DNA of 64,000 nucleotides from Nymphaea colorata (lineage: Eukaryota): assembly GCF_008831285.2 (NCBI RefSeq), contig NC_045138.2, positions 28,706,001 to 28,770,000 on the forward strand. Direction: 5' to 3'. Positions 60,131-64,000 of this stretch are shown here, one piece after another. The notes under the pieces were generated by a model. It searched no databases. It was given only the letters and a program-made list of their open reading frames with translations, and was not told the DNA's origin. The number at the start of each line of letters is the position of its first letter. The first letter of the stretch is position 1. Made by a program: the position numbers and the translations under genes.

Positions 60131-63100
60131 TGTTAGAATACAGTGTTATAGGGAACCGGGTCTGGATATGGACCCGGTACCCATGTGCGCGGGAACCGAG
60201 GGTGGGCTCGGTTCCCTAGGCGGGCCTCTCTTCCTCCCTCTTTTAATTCTTATCATTTATTGTAATTGTTGATTAAGTGAATGAAGTTTTCTCTCTCCTA
60301 GGGTTGCGGTTTTGCCCCTAGGTTAAAGCTTCCCCGTGGTTTTTCACCTCTTTCTGAGGTTTTCCACGTAAATCCTGTGTTGGCTTTTCTTTCTCTTCTT
60401 TCGCTGCGTGTTTCTACATGGTATCAGAGCCAAAATCGTGTTGTTTGGCTTCTTTGTTCGTTTGTGATTTAGGGTTTTCTTGGAACCCTAAGTCTGAACC
60501 CTGAATCCTCGCCGACGCAGCCCGCCGTCTCAGCCCACCGCCGACGCCGCCCGCTATCGCCTGCCCGCCGACGCAGCCTGGCGTGCACCCCCGTCGTCGC
60601 CAGGACCGCCGCCGTCGCCTAGACCACCGTCGCCTGGACCTCCGTCGCCAGGAACGCCGTCGTTGCCTGGCCTTTTTCCCGCCGACGCAGCTCTCTGTTC
60701 TGTCGCTGCCCGTCCTCGTCCTGTGCTTTTCTGGTATTCTCTGACTGTTGGATTTCTTTTGTGGACGTTATGGCTAAAGAGATGACCTCCAAGACCGATG
60801 TTACCTTTGACACGGGTAGCAATACCAAGAGCGAAAATGTGTCTGTTCAAGTCACCTCTATTCGGCTGAACAAAGACAATTATCTCACTTGGTCTGCTGC
60901 GCTTGAAATTGAGATCACTAGTCGCAGTCGTCTGCCCTATATCACTGGGGAGAAACCTGCGCCTAGTAAAACTGATCCTGGATGGGCGACTTGGGCATTG
61001 GAAGATAGTCAAGTTAAGGTGTGGATTATTAGTTCTGTTTCTGCTGATATTCAGCCCCTTATTTTGCTTGACCTCATATGACATGTGGACTGTGCTTGCG
61101 AGGATGTATGGCCGTAAAAAGAGAGTCATGCGTACATACCAGATTAAACGCAGCATCTATTCTCTTAAACAGAGTGACTTGCCTGTGGCATCCTTCTATG
61201 CAGCCCTGAAGACTAAATGGGAGGAACTGGATTATCATGTGAATGATGACTGGAAATGTGGTTCTGATCATGAACTGTACTGGCAAAAAGAATGGATGGA
61301 CCGCACTTTTATTTTTCTAGGAGGTCTGCGTGATGAGTTTGAATCCATTAGGAGTCAAATTGTCAATTGTGATGAGACCCTTGGAATTGAGGAGGTGTAT
61401 GCCCGGGTGGAATCTGAGGAACAACGTCGTCAAGTGATGCATATTGACTCTAATCATGGTAGTTCACCCTCTGCTTTTGTTAGCCGAGCTCCAGGCACTG
61501 GGCAGCATACTATTCGGCGATGCAGTCATTGTAACAAGTTGGGTCACTGTTAACTTTTGTTGGGATCTTCATCCTGAGAAGAGGCTCACCCGTGGTCGTC
61601 CTCCCTCTGGTAGGCGGGGTCCTCCTGTGCCTGATACTAGCTCTCCCAGTGTTGAAAAACCGAAGCTTTCCTCTTACCAAATCAAGGAATTACAAGTTTA
61701 CATCAGCCGATTATCTACTACTAAGGAGGAAGCCTCCACGTCTGAGAGAGCTCAGTTAGCCCAAGCTCTTGTTGCCACAAGTGATCAAGGTAATTCCTTA
61801 CTTGGTGATTGGGTAGTGGACAGTAGAGCTACCCATCATATGACAGGGAACCCTAAGATGTTTCAAGAGTACAAATTGTCTTCAGGGCAGCAACGAGTAT
61901 CTATGGCTGATGGGTCCTCGATCTCTGTGGCTGGAAAAGGGAGTTTGTCCTTATTAAATAAATATCTTCTGCATAATGCTCTTCATGTTCCCAATATTCC
62001 TGTGAATTTGTTGTCTGTCAGTAGTATCACCAAAGAGCTCAATTGTAATCTAATTTTCTCTGCTGATCATTGTACCCTGCAGGACTTGGTGACGGGAAAG
62101 AAGATTGAGATTTGTTCGGTTATTGATGGCCTCTGCAGACTGCCCGTACAGGTTGCCTCTGCTCTCATTTCAGCCACTAGCAGACAGTTGACGGGCGTGG
62201 AGGACAGGTCTAGCATTATGAGATGGCACGAGCGCCTTGGACATCTCCCATCCAGTTGATTAAGAAGTTGTTTCCTAGGTTTTTTACTTCTGTTTCCATG
62301 GACTCCTTCACATGTGAAGTGTGTCAGCTTGCTAAGCATGTTAGGGCTTCGTACCCTATTTCTATCAATAAAACCACTCGTCATTTTGCCTTGGTTCACT
62401 CTAATGTTTGGGGTCCTTCGGGAGTACCCACTTGTCGTGGTTTCCATTACTTTATGACTCTGATTGATGACTACTCCCGTTGTACGTTTGTGTACTTGTT
62501 GAAAGAACGCAGTGAGGTTCCTGTCGTTGTCAAAAATTTTGTTGCCTTTGTCGAGAATCAATTTCAGACCTCTGTTCAGACTTTCCGTACTGATAATGCC
62601 ATGGAGTATGTCTCCCAATCCCTGGATGACTTCCTGCGGGGCAAGGGTATTGTTCATGAGACGTCCTGTAGTTATATTCCTCCTCAAAATGGCGTGGCCG
62701 AACGTAAAAATCGCCATTTATTAGATGTCACTCGAGCTATTATGTTCCACAGGCACGTTCCTAAGCGCTACTGAGGCGATGCTCTCCTCACTAGTGCCCA
62801 CCTCATCAACCGTATGCTCACTCGTGTGTTGAATGGCCGTACTCCTTACTCTGTGCTCAGTCCCACTCATAACCCCTGGCCTCTTACTCCTCGGGTGTTC
62901 GGGTGTGTTTGCTTTGTTCATAATCATAATCCCACCATCAAGAAACTTGACTCTCGGTCTATCAAAGCTGTCTTCTTGGGGTATTCCTCCACTCAGAAGG
63001 GATATAAATGTATTGACCCTACTACCTCCAAAATCTATGTCTCTCGGGATGTTACCTTTCATGAACATGAGGCGTATTTTCCTGTGAATCCTCTTCAAGG

Positions 63101-63425
63101 GGAGTGTATAGTGGACAATGTGGAAGAGTATTCTCCATATCAACTTATTCAGTTTACGGACTTCTTGGACTACGAACTTAGTCACAGTGTAGAAGATACA
63201 GTCAGAGATGATAAAGACAGTCATGTGGAAGGAAGCCCTGTGGTTGATCAGCCCACATCCCGTGATCATTTGTTTGAGCAGGTTTACACTAGAAAGGAGA
63301 AAGATGTGGTTGAGACTGTTGATGTAACCAATCCCAATCCTGTGAGTTTCCCGAATGAACCAAGTCCAATGAATGAAGAGCTTTCCATAGCCCTACGCAA
63401 GGGGACCAGGTCATGTACTTCTTAT
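60131..63425 (+). mobile_element. Ty1/copia LTR retrotransposon, decayed and interrupted after integrase
   Basis: 5' LTR ~60131-60418 (TG...CA), PBS TGGTATCAGAGC 60419-60430, GC-rich leader, then gag, protease and integrase in copia order. Ends at ALRKGTRSCT, before RT. Confidence 0.9.
60770..63425 (+). pseudogene. Copia gag-pol pseudogene (Gag, zinc knuckle, protease, GAG-pre-integrase, integrase core)
   Basis: RLNKDNYLTWS, FLGGLRDEFESIRSQI, CSHCNKLGH, WVVDSRATHHM, WHERLGH, CEVCQLAK, IDDYSR, FRTDNA, PPQNGVAERKNR, FLGYS. Frame switches near 61070, 61550 and 62250; in-frame TGA at 62772-62774. Confidence 0.88.
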
Positions 63426-63458
63426 AAATGTGACTATAATAGTCACTAAAGAAGAATA

Positions 63459-64000
63459 TGATAGAAAAAAGCACTAAGGCCACTTGAAATATATCAATCT
63501 TATTGAATGAATGTCAAATGGCTGTGTAAAACAGCATACATTGTACAAGAGGCAGCCCAAGAATATATATAACCAATTAGAGTGAAGGAGAGAAGGAAGA
63601 GAGGGCTGTTCTAGCCGTTGGAGGTTCCAACGGCTCATAAAGGAGCCGTTGGAACTCCCAACGGCTAGAACAAAGGGGAAACAAAAAGAAAAAGAAAAGG
63701 AAAAATAAAAGAAAAGAAAAAGAAAAGAAAAGAAAAGAAAAAGAAAGGAAAATAAAAGAAAAGAAAAAGAAAAATAAAAGAAATAATAAAATACATAAAA
63801 ATGAAAATAAAATGTAAAAAATGTAAAACCTAATCTAGCTATGATATCAACAAGATATCTTATTTCCTAACACCCCCCCTTAAACTTACGGTGCTAACAC
63901 CGAAAGTTTATCTAAAAGAAAGTTGAATCTGGGAGAACATAGAGGCTTCGTGAAGAAATCAGCCAGCTGGAACTCGGAGGAGACATATGGAAGTTTGATT
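63459..64000 (-). mobile_element. 3' end of a second Ty1/copia element in opposite orientation (RNase H C-terminus, PPT, 3' LTR)
   Basis: Minus strand: IKLPYVSSEFQLADFFTKPLCSPRFNFLLDKLSVLAP* (63999-63886; copia QLADxxTK motif), PPT AAGGGGGGG (63881-63873), LTR starting TGTTAGG at 63872. LTR end uncertain (63459 or 63485). Confidence 0.85.
63607..63672. promoter_or_regulatory. Nested inverted repeat containing four MSA-like (YCYAACGGYYA) elements in LTR U3
   Basis: Motifs at 63612-63622 (rc TCCAACGGCTA), 63626-63636 (TCCAACGGCTC), 63643-63653 (rc TCCAACGGCTC) and 63657-63667 (CCCAACGGCTA), ~40-100 bp upstream of the LTR TATA (63572-63563, minus strand). Confidence 0.6.

Noticed and set aside
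60554..63269. Antisense ORFs of 200, 216 and 182 aa over the copia
   Set aside because: Reverse-strand shadows of gag-pol and the GC-rich leader; no recognisable domains.

Overview
Eukaryotic flowering-plant nuclear DNA: AT-rich, with GT-AG spliced genes and many microsatellites, MITEs and SINEs. The species cannot be fixed from the sequence alone. Five host genes were reconstructed by hand: an intronless RING-H2 E3 ligase (-, 1013-1588) with a triplicated PSFDLDEALC motif; an 11-exon 2OG-Fe(II) dioxygenase (+, from 12828) whose last exon is tandemly duplicated, giving two intact alternative C-termini; a 19-exon NADP-malic enzyme (-, 20634-26966) with a transit-peptide-like extension and an internal MESTLKE start; a 23-exon full-size ABCG/PDR transporter (-, 35076-49631); and the last three exons of an RDR3/4/5-type RNA-dependent RNA polymerase (-, 56750-58150). 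The sequence upstream of those RDR exons, presumably a large intron, is a transposon stack. It holds a hAT-type MITE with an 8-bp TSD, an orphan LTR+PBS, a decayed Ty1/copia (+), and the 3' end of a second, opposite-strand copia. The LTR of that second copia carries a nested palindrome of four MSA (MYB3R-type) motifs. No prokaryotic-type system, CRISPR array, rRNA or tRNA was seen. All calls are by eye, without database searches.
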